From contig CAXXJV010000001.1 of NCBI GenBank assembly GCA_963663475.2, positions 1,920,001 to 1,984,000 on the forward strand: a stretch of DNA of 64,000 bases, written 5' to 3'. Of this stretch, positions 10,556 to 21,188 are shown piece by piece. The notes under the pieces are model-generated. The model was not told the origin of the DNA and made no database searches. It saw nothing but the letters and a program-made list of their open reading frames with translations. This DNA is from Candidatus Cloacimonadales bacterium. Its GTDB lineage: Bacteria; Cloacimonadota; Cloacimonadia; Cloacimonadales; JAFGVF01. Position 1 is the first letter of the stretch; each line of letters begins with the position of its first letter. A program made the position numbers and the translations under genes.

Positions 10556-11284
10556 ATGGATATAAAAGATAGGCTTTTAATGTTTGTAAATGCTCTTGAT
10601 ATAAAGCGTTCCGAATTTGCAAAAAACATTGAAGTTACATCAGGCAATTTATCAGATTGGTTGAACAGAAAAAAAAATAGTAAGCCCTCCGCATCTGCAA
10701 TGGCTCGTATCAACGAACAATATGATTTGAATTTAAATTGGTTATTAACTGGCAAGGGTGGAATGTTTGTTTTAGAATCTGATGGCAATCTGTATGGAGA
10801 TGGAGATAAAAAGTATGTAGAAGAGATGACTGGAAATAATTCAGTATATCAACACAAACTAAATCCCTTTGATTCCAGGAACATTACTCTTCCTATATAT
10901 GGAGAGATTTCAGCTGGTACTCCAATTAATGGTTATGATGATTCACCATCAAAGTATATCGAGATTCCTAAAGCTTATTTGTCAGATCAAGAAGAGAAAT
11001 ATATCGCACTTAAGGTTAATGGAAATAGTATGTATCCAAAAATAATGCATGGTGATGTAGTTGTGATAAAAGAAAATATAGATGTTATAAGTTTAGATAG
11101 TAAAGTCTGTGCCTGTCAAACTCCTGAAGGTGTTACACTCAAGAAACTACAATTCGATAAAGAGAAGAAGAGGGTTATACTTAAACCTCTTAACCCAGAT
11201 TTTGATGTAATAATAATTGAAGACTTTGAGCTTGAGACCTTCAGGATTTTAGGCGAAATGGTTTTCTTGTTTAGAGTAGTATAA
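10556..11284 (+). CDS. Phage CI-like repressor (XRE HTH + S24 peptidase)
   Basis: HTH, LNWLLTGKG, AG cleavage site (EISAG), VNGNSMYP, TLKKL. Start set at the ATG after AGGAG. Confidence 0.92.
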   Translation: MDIKDRLLMFVNALDIKRSEFAKNIEVTSGNLSDWLNRKKNSKPSASAMARINEQYDLNLNWLLTGKGGMFVLESDGNLYGDGDKKYVEEMTGNNSVYQHKLNPFDSRNITLPIYGEISAGTPINGYDDSPSKYIEIPKAYLSDQEEKYIALKVNGNSMYPKIMHGDVVVIKENIDVISLDSKVCACQTPEGVTLKKLQFDKEKKRVILKPLNPDFDVIIIEDFELETFRILGEMVFLFRVV

Positions 11285-11285
11285 T

Positions 11286-13016
11286 CTACTGACTATAATG
11301 TGATTCCAGATGATCTAAAACTTCTTTTTGGTTGTTTAATAATATTGGTTTATTCCATAAGCTATTATTTGTCAAAACTCTTAATGAATTACTGAATAAA
11401 TCAATATTTTTATGAAAGTACTTTTTCTTTTTATCTACATAATCAGAACGACCCAAAGAAGAGTTCTTTCTTCTGCTGATAAGAACCAGATTTCCTATTT
11501 TATTTGTAAGCTCTAATCTTTCGTCATCGGTAAAGTCTTTACACCATTGACTGTTTTGATGAGGGTTTTGAGGTAAGATGTGCTCAACACTCACTGTTTT
11601 TGGAATACTTAATTTAGTAGTATGGCTATGGAACAAGTACTCTAGCTTGTAGAGAATATATCTAGCATATCTTCTTTGATAAACATCACCATTTATTATT
11701 AATATTAAATTTTGTAAATCAATCTTAAATTCTTTTGAAGCAATTACTTCCTCATAATTATCAGTTTTTTCGATATCTTTCAAGAGATTATTCATATTCT
11801 CAATTCTCTGAGTTGGAGTAAATTGTAAAATCCAATCTGCAGAAAACTTATTATCTAGTTTCTCAAGAAAATTTAATAAACCCTTTTCACCAAATTTATT
11901 ATAATATACTAGAAGTGAAGGAATCCAAAATTCAGCAGGTAGTGTGACCTTCATAATTGTTAAGAGGTTATCAATTTTAAAATCAATATTTAAATTAAAG
12001 TGGCTATTGTCAAATAACTCACAATATATATCTTTATATTTTTTGATTAACCGAAAAGTATCTTCTCCTTCATTTAATAATGATGGACGATCAAAATACT
12101 CCTTTTTTTCAATATCAAAAGATTTCGGGTTGTAGATGTTTTTCTCAAACTCATCCAGTAAGTTCAAACGAGCTTTTTCTTTAACTAGTATTGTTCTGAT
12201 GTGAGATAGGAATACATCAAAGTCCTCTCCAAAGTAGTCTTCAGAATCTTCCCATTCCTTTGCGTATTTTTCTTCTAAAGTTTTGTTATTCTCTAATGCT
12301 CTTAAATTCTGGGCTTTTAAAATATCGCTATTCCTAAGTTTAACACCTCTATCATTCATAATAGTGAATAATCTAAATGCGTCTTCAAGCTCTTCTGAAG
12401 ACACATAAATCATTAATACCTTCGATCTAAAAAACTGATAAAATTCATCAATGTTAATGTCCTCGGTCTCAAAAAAATCTCTTATGACTAATATTGCATT
12501 AGCCATATTTTTAATAGATGTAATTTTTGAATCAGAAGCAATTTTTTTTAACTTATCAGTTTTTTTTGTACCTTCAAAATCACGAACATGGTCTTCAACG
12601 AATCTCGAAACATCATCTCTAATATCAAATACTATTCTTAATCGTTCTGGAATGTTGTCCCAAGGGTCTTCGCTTTGATATATACTCGACTGACATTTTT
12701 CTATAAGTTTTTTGTTTTCTGTTATGTCTCTTATTACTGCAGTAAGTAATAATAAAGTGGTAAGCCTTTGTTGACCATCTAAGAGATCGTATTCAAAGTA
12801 TTCCTGAGGACCATCTATTTTCCTTTTTTGAAGGACTATAGACCCTAAAAAATACTCTGATTTATTATTTTGCTTTTGTGCGTGTGAAATATCATCGAGC
12901 AAATCATGGACATGGTCTTTTTCCCATACGTATGGTCTTTGATATTTTGGTATTCTAAACCATTTCTCAAATACATCTTTAATATAAATTTTATCACTAT
13001 CGATTGTGTGTGCCAT
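11286..13016 (-). CDS. GmrSD-type (DUF262 + DUF1524) type IV restriction endonuclease
   Basis: IPKYQRPYVW, LLDGQQRLTT, FTIMNDRG, VEHILPQ, IGNLVLISRRKNS. Confidence 0.9.
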   Translation of the reverse strand: MAHTIDSDKIYIKDVFEKWFRIPKYQRPYVWEKDHVHDLLDDISHAQKQNNKSEYFLGSIVLQKRKIDGPQEYFEYDLLDGQQRLTTLLLLTAVIRDITENKKLIEKCQSSIYQSEDPWDNIPERLRIVFDIRDDVSRFVEDHVRDFEGTKKTDKLKKIASDSKITSIKNMANAILVIRDFFETEDINIDEFYQFFRSKVLMIYVSSEELEDAFRLFTIMNDRGVKLRNSDILKAQNLRALENNKTLEEKYAKEWEDSEDYFGEDFDVFLSHIRTILVKEKARLNLLDEFEKNIYNPKSFDIEKKEYFDRPSLLNEGEDTFRLIKKYKDIYCELFDNSHFNLNIDFKIDNLLTIMKVTLPAEFWIPSLLVYYNKFGEKGLLNFLEKLDNKFSADWILQFTPTQRIENMNNLLKDIEKTDNYEEVIASKEFKIDLQNLILIINGDVYQRRYARYILYKLEYLFHSHTTKLSIPKTVSVEHILPQNPHQNSQWCKDFTDDERLELTNKIGNLVLISRRKNSSLGRSDYVDKKKKYFHKNIDLFSNSLRVLTNNSLWNKPILLNNQKEVLDHLESHYSQ

Positions 13017-13094
13017 TATAACCTCCTTTAATATTTGATGTATTTAACAACTAGTTAAATTTTTGTCAAGATATAAAAGTTATATAAGGAAATG

Positions 13095-13411
13095 ATCGAG
13101 ATCTCGTTCGTTGTCTCAAATCAAGAATTTAAAACCGATATCTCACGTGAGACAGCGAGATATCGGTTGTTTTTTGAATCCTAAACCCACAACTAGCTAC
13201 TAACATAAAGACATACAATAGATTAGTAGCATAGCAAATTCCCCAAACAACCTGTAAAGCTAGCAGAGAAGTTGTAAAAAATACCTGCAAATGTAGTTAA
13301 AATGGAAATTTTGAGACATCGATTGAGACGGCGTGTAAGTGGCGAATAAATAACACTTTATACAAGTTAACTAGCGATGTCTCACATGGAAAACTTGGGT
13401 GTCACTTTTTA
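13095..13411. repeat. ~310-bp transposable-phage end (end B), copy 1
   Basis: Homologous to 18103-18404 and 28523-28841; all stop at ...GTCACTTTTTA; multiple TGAGAC/GTCTCA motifs and an ACCGATATCTC...GAGATATCGGT palindrome. Confidence 0.85.
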
Positions 13412-14240
13412 TTGGAAATTCATCTCCTGAGAGGATAAGATTCTGGTCATAGATTCCTAAGTCTTCCTTCTCATCAACAGTTGAGTAGATAGGCTGTATA
13501 AAGGCTATATCCTTATCTGTTTCATCATTCAAATCACCAACTGGTTCAATATTAAGAGGATAGCTAGTATCAATATTATTCTCCACAATAATCATTTCAA
13601 ATGTTCCTCCTAACATCACTCCCAAACCCCTGGTAGATGATTCTCGCTGGAGGATAAATCCCATATCATCACATCCGTCGCCATTTACGTCACCCAGACA
13701 TGAAGTAAACCATTCTCTGTCACTATAATATCCTGGACCTACCAGATAACCGTATTCATAATCATAATCAGTGAATTCAATTTCTGCATCAGGTCCACCG
13801 TAGTAGAAACGATAATAGGAATAGTCAGGGGCAGGAGAATCAAAAAGTAGATATGCACATATAGCAAGATCATCATAACCATCACCATTTCCATCTAGCT
13901 CAAGTAGATAGTCAGGGTGTGCATTTAAAACACCATTTTTTTGTTCTAATACTTGAATTAGGAGTTCCATATCCAAGTCATATTTATATTCCATTACATA
14001 TCAATATCTTTGTATAGTACTATCTTGAATAGAGTATATATCATGTAGTTTATTAATATTATATGTTTGCGATAAATTGTTGAACCATTGTTTAGTTGTG
14101 TTTATCGAATCACTATAGACATTATTTACCAATATTTCATCATCATTACTAAACACGATAGCTCTTTCTCTTACATCTTCAAAAGCATTTATACTTAATA
14201 TTAACAATACACAAATAATTATTAGAAATTGTTTTTTCAT
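13412..14240 (-). pseudogene. Mosaic pseudogene: secreted-protein N-terminus with premature TGA, then an FG-GAP fragment, then an unrelated fragment cut by the phage end
   Basis: ORFs 14001-14240 and 13371-13994 are in one frame separated by a single TGA; 13523-13890 is a patchy copy of 16337-16705. Confidence 0.75.
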
Positions 14241-14250
14241 CTTCTTAACC

Positions 14251-15231
14251 TCACTTAACTACTATTTTTCTTGTTAGATTTTTATATGATTTGCCATCTG
14301 TTATTTTACTTTTTACTAGATAAACACCTGCTGAAACAGTTTTTGGCAATTTAATTTCTACGTTTGATGATTTACTTCCTGAAAGTTGCTTAGAGAATAA
14401 TCTTTGTCCTCTAAGATTAAAGACTTCTATATTTTCAATATATTGCCCCTCATTTGCTTTAACTGATATATCGGATACTGTTGGGTTCGGATAACAAGTG
14501 AATTCCAAGTTTGTTGTTTCACAATCGTGATTATCATTTTCAACTGGATTTATGAATTTAAAGATCAATCTTGGACCTAAATTATTCCCTAGTTCAAAAG
14601 ATGTTTGATAACTCATAGTATCTTCACAACCATCAAAATCTCCTATTGTATCAAAATAGAACATCAATTTAAAGCTATCCTCTTCATACAAGTATCTAGA
14701 CTTTTGGTAAGATGTAGTAATATCTACCTCTTTCCAACCTGGTTCAATATTTGCATCTGCATGAGATAAATAACCTACTTCTCTCATTTCCTCTGGAAAG
14801 AAAGAAGCATGCAGATCTGAAAAGCCATAATCTACAACAGCTATTTTTAATGGTAACTCTTGTCCATAAAATGTTGGATATTCATTAATCATATTATTAC
14901 CGATTGCTGTCCCTTGGTACATCTTTAATGTTACTGATTCTAGGATAAGATCTTCTGGAAGCTCTATAAAAGGGTACTCCTGATACCACCTATATGTAGA
15001 AGATTCATCACTAAAACTTGAGGTACAATCGCCAATACTTCGTTCTGGATTTTGATAGTTATGTAATAATATATACTCGTCATCGATATACTCACCCTGA
15101 AAATAGGTAACTTTATAGATTATCCTATCATAATCTGGATGAAGTAATTGCTCAACTTCAGTTATATTATTCCCAAATAATAGAATGTAAAACAAACTAC
15201 TAAACAAAATTAAAATATTCCTTTTGTACAT
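14251..15231 (-). CDS. Secreted protein with T9SS type A sorting domain
   Basis: Signal peptide; CYPNP...VFNLRGQ...SAGVYLVK...KIVVK. Confidence 0.85.
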   Translation of the reverse strand: MYKRNILILFSSLFYILLFGNNITEVEQLLHPDYDRIIYKVTYFQGEYIDDEYILLHNYQNPERSIGDCTSSFSDESSTYRWYQEYPFIELPEDLILESVTLKMYQGTAIGNNMINEYPTFYGQELPLKIAVVDYGFSDLHASFFPEEMREVGYLSHADANIEPGWKEVDITTSYQKSRYLYEEDSFKLMFYFDTIGDFDGCEDTMSYQTSFELGNNLGPRLIFKFINPVENDNHDCETTNLEFTCYPNPTVSDISVKANEGQYIENIEVFNLRGQRLFSKQLSGSKSSNVEIKLPKTVSAGVYLVKSKITDGKSYKNLTRKIVVK

Positions 15232-15336
15232 TTTTTTATTACTCCTTTTTTGGTATTTTATTTAGCTCCTAGTTTTGTTGTAACTAATTAAATCCTTAAT
15301 ATACAAGGATTACTATAACTGAGATGTTTTTTCATT

Positions 15337-17022
15337 TTAAAACTCCTTGTTCTTCTCCCTGTGATTCGGGAGATGGTTAAAATATTTAACAATAAATTTC
15401 GAAGTTGCCAAACGCTTGTTATTAATTTTGATAGTAGCGATATATAAGCCTGATGCTAATGATTCTAACTTAATAGCATCACTAGAGTTTTTGATATTTG
15501 AAGGGTTAAGTTTTCTCTCATGAACTTTCTGTCCTTTGAGATTATAGACGGAAACCATCGCGTTTTCTATATTCTTGGGTAAATGACCCTCAAGCTTTAG
15601 ATTTATCTTAATATTTTTACTGGAAACTGGGTTCGGATAGATGATTAAATTAGTGCTTGCTTGAGGAAATACATCGTTATCCTCATTACTTACGCTAGTA
15701 TCAGTCAGATTAGAATTACCGGCATAAATTGTTACATAACCCGGTGTAGCATAACCTCCCCAATCATCTGGAGCTGAAATAGCAATATCATCATAGCCAT
15801 CATTATTATAGTCTCCAACATTTACATTTAATCCAAAATATCCTGCAAACTCGGGATATATTGGACATGTTAGTTGTAAATCATAGATGCCGTTAGGATT
15901 TTCTCCACCCAACCATATAGCTGCTGTCCCATCCCATAAACCATAGGACGAATTACCTCCAACAAAATCACTATATCCATCTCCATTAAAATCACCGTGT
16001 TTTATCCATCGCCCAAAACCACCAGAACCCCTGATGAAAGTTAAATACGGAGGGTTACACTGAATTGGATATAGTGTCGAGTTTTCAAAACTATTTCTCC
16101 AAAGTGCTAACCCAAAATTATCAGAATAGTAATTTTCGGTAATTGGATAAAGAAAGTCAGGAAATCCATCTCCATTCATATCACCAACTGTTATCGCTCC
16201 ATTAAAATTATAAGTTTGTTCATAATAGCAGATAATTTCATACTCTGTTAGTGATAATGTAGAGTCTCCATAATATATTTTGGTGAAATCTTCATTAGAA
16301 TAATTTCGATAGCCTACAGCAAAATCAGCATAATTATCATCATTCAAATCACCAACTGGTTCAATATTAAGAGGATAGCTAGTATCAATATTATTCTCCA
16401 CAATAATCATTTCAAATGTTCCACCCAACATAATTCCTAAAGCTCTGGACATTGAATCTCGCGAAAGTATAAATCCCATATCATCACATCCGTCGCCATT
16501 TACGTCACCCAGACAGGAAGTAAACCACTCTCTGTCACTATAATATCCTGGACCTACCAGATAACCGTATTCATAATCATAATCAGTGAAATCTAGTTCT
16601 GCACCAGGTCCACCGTAGTAGAAGCGATAAAAATGAAAATCAGGATTGTTGAGACCAAACAAAATTACTCCCTCTATTGCTAAATCTTCATAACCATCTC
16701 CATTGACATCTCCACAAGAAAATACCCCTAAACTTACATTATAATCAGTCAAAGTTGTTATTTGGTTCGGCTCATTATTATACCCAAAATTTTCTCCTCC
16801 CCAAAAAAGATGAATTTCTCCTTGGTTTCCCTCTTCCATTGCCAAAACAAACAAATCATCAACTCCATTAGCATTAAAATCTAGGGTTGCCATCCCTTTA
16901 CCATATTCACTATTTCCCCAGGGTCCTTCAAAAGTATTCATTATCTCCATATAATTTTGGGCAAAGAGAGAAAGAGTGAAGAGAAGCATTACTGTAATAA
17001 GGCAATATTTTAACAATTTCAT
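15337..17022 (-). CDS. FG-GAP/VCBS repeat protein with T9SS type A sorting domain
   Basis: Repeated GDxNGDGyxD motifs; IYPNP...YNLKGQ...ASGLY. Confidence 0.9.
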   Translation of the reverse strand: MKLLKYCLITVMLLFTLSLFAQNYMEIMNTFEGPWGNSEYGKGMATLDFNANGVDDLFVLAMEEGNQGEIHLFWGGENFGYNNEPNQITTLTDYNVSLGVFSCGDVNGDGYEDLAIEGVILFGLNNPDFHFYRFYYGGPGAELDFTDYDYEYGYLVGPGYYSDREWFTSCLGDVNGDGCDDMGFILSRDSMSRALGIMLGGTFEMIIVENNIDTSYPLNIEPVGDLNDDNYADFAVGYRNYSNEDFTKIYYGDSTLSLTEYEIICYYEQTYNFNGAITVGDMNGDGFPDFLYPITENYYSDNFGLALWRNSFENSTLYPIQCNPPYLTFIRGSGGFGRWIKHGDFNGDGYSDFVGGNSSYGLWDGTAAIWLGGENPNGIYDLQLTCPIYPEFAGYFGLNVNVGDYNNDGYDDIAISAPDDWGGYATPGYVTIYAGNSNLTDTSVSNEDNDVFPQASTNLIIYPNPVSSKNIKINLKLEGHLPKNIENAMVSVYNLKGQKVHERKLNPSNIKNSSDAIKLESLASGLYIATIKINNKRLATSKFIVKYFNHLPNHREKNKEF

Positions 17023-17399
17023 AGTTCCTCCTATGAAGTTAACAAATTAGCATATCATTGTATAATCCAAAAATATGGTTTATGAGTTTAGATGTCAATA
17101 TTTATTTCAAACTTTTTATAAAATTGTATTTATCCCATTGTAAAGATGTTTTATTCTAAAAGTGTTTAGAAAGTGTATCGTTATTGAGGATTATTAGATG
17201 TGAATATGCCCTCACAAGACAGGATTAAAAAAGCAACTAGTTAGGGTTAAGTTTCATATAAAGTTTATTAGTAGTTAAGTGCAGACCATGCTGTCCACTA
17301 TCCGAAAGAAGAGGCATAAATCCCCTTTTAATATAGTCTAAACCTTAGAAGGATTGTTTTTTTTGATATTACGCCTTGAACTATTTTAGAGAAAGCCTA

Positions 17400-18102
17400 A
17401 ATAAATAATTTGGTAGTCTTTGAGTCTTCTACAACATCATCTTTTAATGAACCACCTTAAACTATCATAAAGTAATCGACCAGCAGTCCATTCTTGAAGT
17501 TGTTGAAATCAAAGGTCTTAATCTGTTCTAAAATCTCTATATTAATAGCCACAGGTAAGCATGAGACACCCCAAGCAGTTGACTTATGAGTTGGATTTTT
17601 AAAGTGAATCACATCATTACTTGAGAAGAATCTCTTTTCTCCATTTTTATAATGAAGGAAATCAGGTTTGAAGAATCCAAACTCATCATAGTTTTCTATT
17701 AATTGAACCTCTGTTGGTAGTAGTCTTTCCAAGCCAACCCACTCTCCTGATGCACTTCTCATTTTGATGATAAAGCCATTACCACATGCTAGATAGTATT
17801 TAAGCAGTTCTCCAAGAGTTGAAAGGATATCATCATTTCCAGGATACTGAGCTGATGCTAACCAATTTTTAAGAGAGGTATTTTTTACTTCAAGTTGCAT
17901 AAAACATGTGTTTACTTTAGAAGCAATACAACCTGAATGGTACTCATCTTTATCGATAAGTTTAAGTAGTTTGAAAATAGAGTAGGGAGCTGGTATAATT
18001 CTTTCTTTCTCATAAGATTTGGATAATTTTCTTCTACCTTGCCACTTATAAGAATCTAAGTTAACAGGCTCAGGCGAGTAGTTCTTTTTAAATAGTTTTA
18101 AT
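17400..18102 (-). pseudogene. Phage portal protein fragment (PF04860/PBSX-like), start lost
   Basis: Frame is open from ~18102 without a start; YYLACGNGFI, VIHFKNP...WGVS, NNFKNG; in-frame TAA at 17457; abuts end-B copy 2. Confidence 0.75.
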
Positions 18103-18404
18103 ATCGAGATCTCGATCGCTGTCTCAAATCAACATATGCAAACCGATATCTCAGCTGAGACGGTGAGATATCGGTAGTTTTTTGAAGCATAAACCCACAA
18201 CTAGCTACTAAGATAAAGACTTACAGGAGATTAGTAGCTTAGCAAACTCTCCAAACATCCTTTAAAACTAGCAGAGAAATTGTAAAAAATACCTGCATAA
18301 GCTGTTAAATAGGAAATTTTGAGACATCGTTGAGACAGCGTGTAAATAACTAATAAATAGCACCGATATACATCTCACAGGGAAAACTTGGGTGTCACTT
18401 TTTA
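18103..18404. repeat. ~300-bp transposable-phage end (end B), copy 2
   Basis: Direct repeat of 13095-13411. Confidence 0.85.
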
Positions 18405-18791
18405 GACATCATAATTCTCTTAATTTTACAATTTAGTATCCTCAACATTTCTTAAACTTCTTAAATATAAAAAGATAATACTAAAAACATAGCCACACTG
18501 CAAGTGAGGACAAATTTGCTATAGAATTACTTATCATTTGCACTATATTAAAGAAAATTTTTATTAATTTCAACACCATAATTCTTCAAATAATTGATAG
18601 ATTCCAAAGAAACTTTTTCCTGAGTTTCCCAATATCACCTCGCATCCCTACTGTAATATTTTTTTTAAATTTAAAAAAATTAATTCTGCACGATTTAGAA
18701 AGCCACTATTTATAACACTATCCATAATTCTGTAAGACAATTTATTAGGGTACTATTTTTCCTCATATATGAATAAATTTATTAAAGAAAT

Positions 18792-18818
18792 TTAATTTCC
18801 TATTAATCTTCATTTAAT
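18792..18818 (+). promoter_or_regulatory. Candidate OmpR-family binding site
   Basis: TTAAT at 18792, 18803 and 18814 (11-bp period) upstream of an operon ending in an OmpR-type two-component system; the AT-rich background weakens it. Confidence 0.3.
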
Positions 18819-18884
18819 ATAGGGTGGGTATATTCCATTTGTGAAGTTTAGTTTTCGTGTAAAAAAACAAAAAGGTGGAATAAT

Positions 18885-19829
18885 ATGAATACTAATATCA
18901 AGAAAGCAAAGCAAGCTATAATTAGAGGAATCTGTTTTGATAAACTTATAACTGTTTTACTCATCATTCTATTTTTATCTAGTAACTTATCTGCTCAGAA
19001 TCTGTTAAAATCTATTCTCAACACGAAATCAGACAAGTCGGAGAGCGAAGAAGGAACTAAGATAGGATTCAATCCTGAGAATTTTATTAATCCAATACTA
19101 AGCACAAATCCCTATCACCCGCTAAAACCAGGACTACAATGGGTTCGTGGTGGAACTACTGAGGTAGGTTCCAGAGTAGTTCCTCATGAGATCATTACTA
19201 CAATGACAGATGTAATCAGAATAATCCAGGGGGTACCAACTGTTGCAATGCTGGATGAATCTACAGATTCAGGAGAGATGTCTCAAGTTAGTATTGATTA
19301 TCTAGCCTTGGATAAAGATGGCAATGTGTGGATTTTAGGCGGATATTCTGAAGAATATGAAGGGGGTTTATACACAAACCTGGATGATGCCTGGCTTGGA
19401 GAAGGTAAAGGATCTGAGGTTGGTATTCTGATGCCTTCTGAGGTTACCATGGAAACACCTCGTTGGTTTGTAGGAAAATCTCCTGGTGAAGCACCTACTG
19501 TAGCCGAACCAGTTGAGATAGGCATGACCCAATGTGTTGAATTCGACTGTTTTGATGATGTTTGGGTAATTCGAGAAGGTGAAGTAGGAGCTATCGATAA
19601 CGAGTTCAAATATTACGCTCCAGGTGTGGGTGTTATTTATAATGTACCCCAAGACGAAAGCTTGCATAAAGATTTCTTTGAATTATTGAACTTCGTTGAA
19701 CTTAGTCCAGAAGGATTGGCAAAGGCTAGTCAAACTGTTTTGAAACTAGAAGAACATGCTCGTAAGAAAACAGCACGAAGAGTTTTCGGTCCAGAGCCTG
19801 TTTCTAAGAGGGCTGAGAAAAATGAATAA
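18885..19829 (+). CDS. Secreted hypothetical protein
   Basis: Signal peptide; acidic domain with DKDGNVWILG and KYYAPGVG motifs. Confidence 0.75.
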   Translation: MNTNIKKAKQAIIRGICFDKLITVLLIILFLSSNLSAQNLLKSILNTKSDKSESEEGTKIGFNPENFINPILSTNPYHPLKPGLQWVRGGTTEVGSRVVPHEIITTMTDVIRIIQGVPTVAMLDESTDSGEMSQVSIDYLALDKDGNVWILGGYSEEYEGGLYTNLDDAWLGEGKGSEVGILMPSEVTMETPRWFVGKSPGEAPTVAEPVEIGMTQCVEFDCFDDVWVIREGEVGAIDNEFKYYAPGVGVIYNVPQDESLHKDFFELLNFVELSPEGLAKASQTVLKLEEHARKKTARRVFGPEPVSKRAEKNE

Positions 19830-20493
19830 CACTGTTGTAAGTCTGACAAGTGTCTCCCATTCGTATAAAACAGATAATGGAGTTATTCCAGTGCTTGAAA
19901 ATGTGAATCTTACCATTCGACACGGAGAAAAAGTAAGCTTGGTTGGGCCTTCTGGATGTGGAAAATCAACTCTTCTGTCTCTAATTGCTGGCCTTATTAA
20001 ACCTTTTGAAGGAGATATCTGTATCGCTGGTGATTTAATGAGTAAACTTAAGGATAAAGACCGTGCCCAAATTCGAGCTAAAAAAATAGGGATTGCTCTC
20101 CAATCCGACAATCTTATACCCTTTCTTACTTCACTCGAAAATATCGAATTAGTTTTATCATATGGTAGATATGGGAATAAGCATGAAATAAGGAAACAAG
20201 CGGAACACCTGCTTAACAAGTTCGGATTATCTCACCGTTCTCAGCACCTTCCAAGACAATTATCTGGTGGTGAAGCACAACGCGTTGCTTTAGCAGCATC
20301 CGTAGCAAACAGCCCCTTGTTATTGTTGGCAGATGAATTCGGGGCTCAACTGGATGCAGGGACAGCTAAGCAGGTTATAAGTGAAATTTTACAAGAAGAT
20401 TTTGCGGTATTGTTTGTAACTCACAATTTAGAACAAGCTCAATTAACTCCAAGCAGATATGAAATCAAAAATGGAAGGGTGGAATTGATATGA
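19822..20493 (+). CDS. ABC transporter ATP-binding protein (LolD/MacB-like)
   Basis: GPSGCGKS, LSGGE, LLLADE, VTH; start set at the ATG overlapping the upstream stop. Confidence 0.92.
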   Translation: MNNTVVSLTSVSHSYKTDNGVIPVLENVNLTIRHGEKVSLVGPSGCGKSTLLSLIAGLIKPFEGDICIAGDLMSKLKDKDRAQIRAKKIGIALQSDNLIPFLTSLENIELVLSYGRYGNKHEIRKQAEHLLNKFGLSHRSQHLPRQLSGGEAQRVALAASVANSPLLLLADEFGAQLDAGTAKQVISEILQEDFAVLFVTHNLEQAQLTPSRYEIKNGRVELI

Positions 20494-21188
20494 ATAGAAA
20501 GAAATCAATCTCAGCTAAGAATGTAGTTGTTGAATATAAAACATCAGAAGGTACTATTCGAGCTTTGGAATGCAAAGACTTGTATGTACAAAGCACTTCA
20601 AGCGTTGCAGTGATGGGATCGAGTGGCTGTGGAAAATCGACTCTTCTAGGTTTGTTGGCTGGTATAGCAGTACCTACACATGGTAGCATTAGAATTGGTG
20701 ATGTAGAGTTATCTTCTCTTAGCGAAAAACAAAGAACAAGTTTTAGGAGAGATAATCTCGGAATGGTTTATCAAGCAGATAATCTATTACCCTTTTTAAC
20801 AGTTGAAGAGAATATTAGATTAAGCCTTGGTATTTCAGAATCAAATACCAAAAACACAAGTAATCGTTTACATGATCTTCTTGATCAACTGGGCTTATCA
20901 GGACTTGAAAAACGACTTCCAGATCAGATGTCTGGTGGACAAAGGCAAAGAGTGGCAATTGCCAGGGCTGTATTTCATGAACCAAGAATTATACTTGCAG
21001 ATGAACCAACAGGGGCACTTGACGAACTAAATGCACAAAAGGTTATTAATATTCTCATCAGGTTACAGCATGAGATTGGGGCTACACTTGTTGTTGTAAC
21101 TCATGATCCCAAAATAGCTAAACTGCTGGATACAACTATATATATTAAATCACCTGAAAGAAAAATAAAAGAGGACCTCTATGTTTAA
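20490..21188 (+). CDS. ABC transporter ATP-binding protein (LolD/MacB-like)
   Basis: GSSGCGKS, MSGGQ, ILADEPTGALD, VTHD. Confidence 0.93.
   Translation: MNRKKSISAKNVVVEYKTSEGTIRALECKDLYVQSTSSVAVMGSSGCGKSTLLGLLAGIAVPTHGSIRIGDVELSSLSEKQRTSFRRDNLGMVYQADNLLPFLTVEENIRLSLGISESNTKNTSNRLHDLLDQLGLSGLEKRLPDQMSGGQRQRVAIARAVFHEPRIILADEPTGALDELNAQKVINILIRLQHEIGATLVVVTHDPKIAKLLDTTIYIKSPERKIKEDLYV

Larger units (their letters stand above)
2720..13411 (-). mobile_element. Truncated Mu-like transposable prophage (one end, immunity, transposition and packaging modules; capsid, tail and lysis genes absent)
   Basis: Mu-like order: end - cargo - repressor <> ner - A - B - DUF3164 - HTH - GemA-like - terS - terL - gpF. 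Confidence 0.9.
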
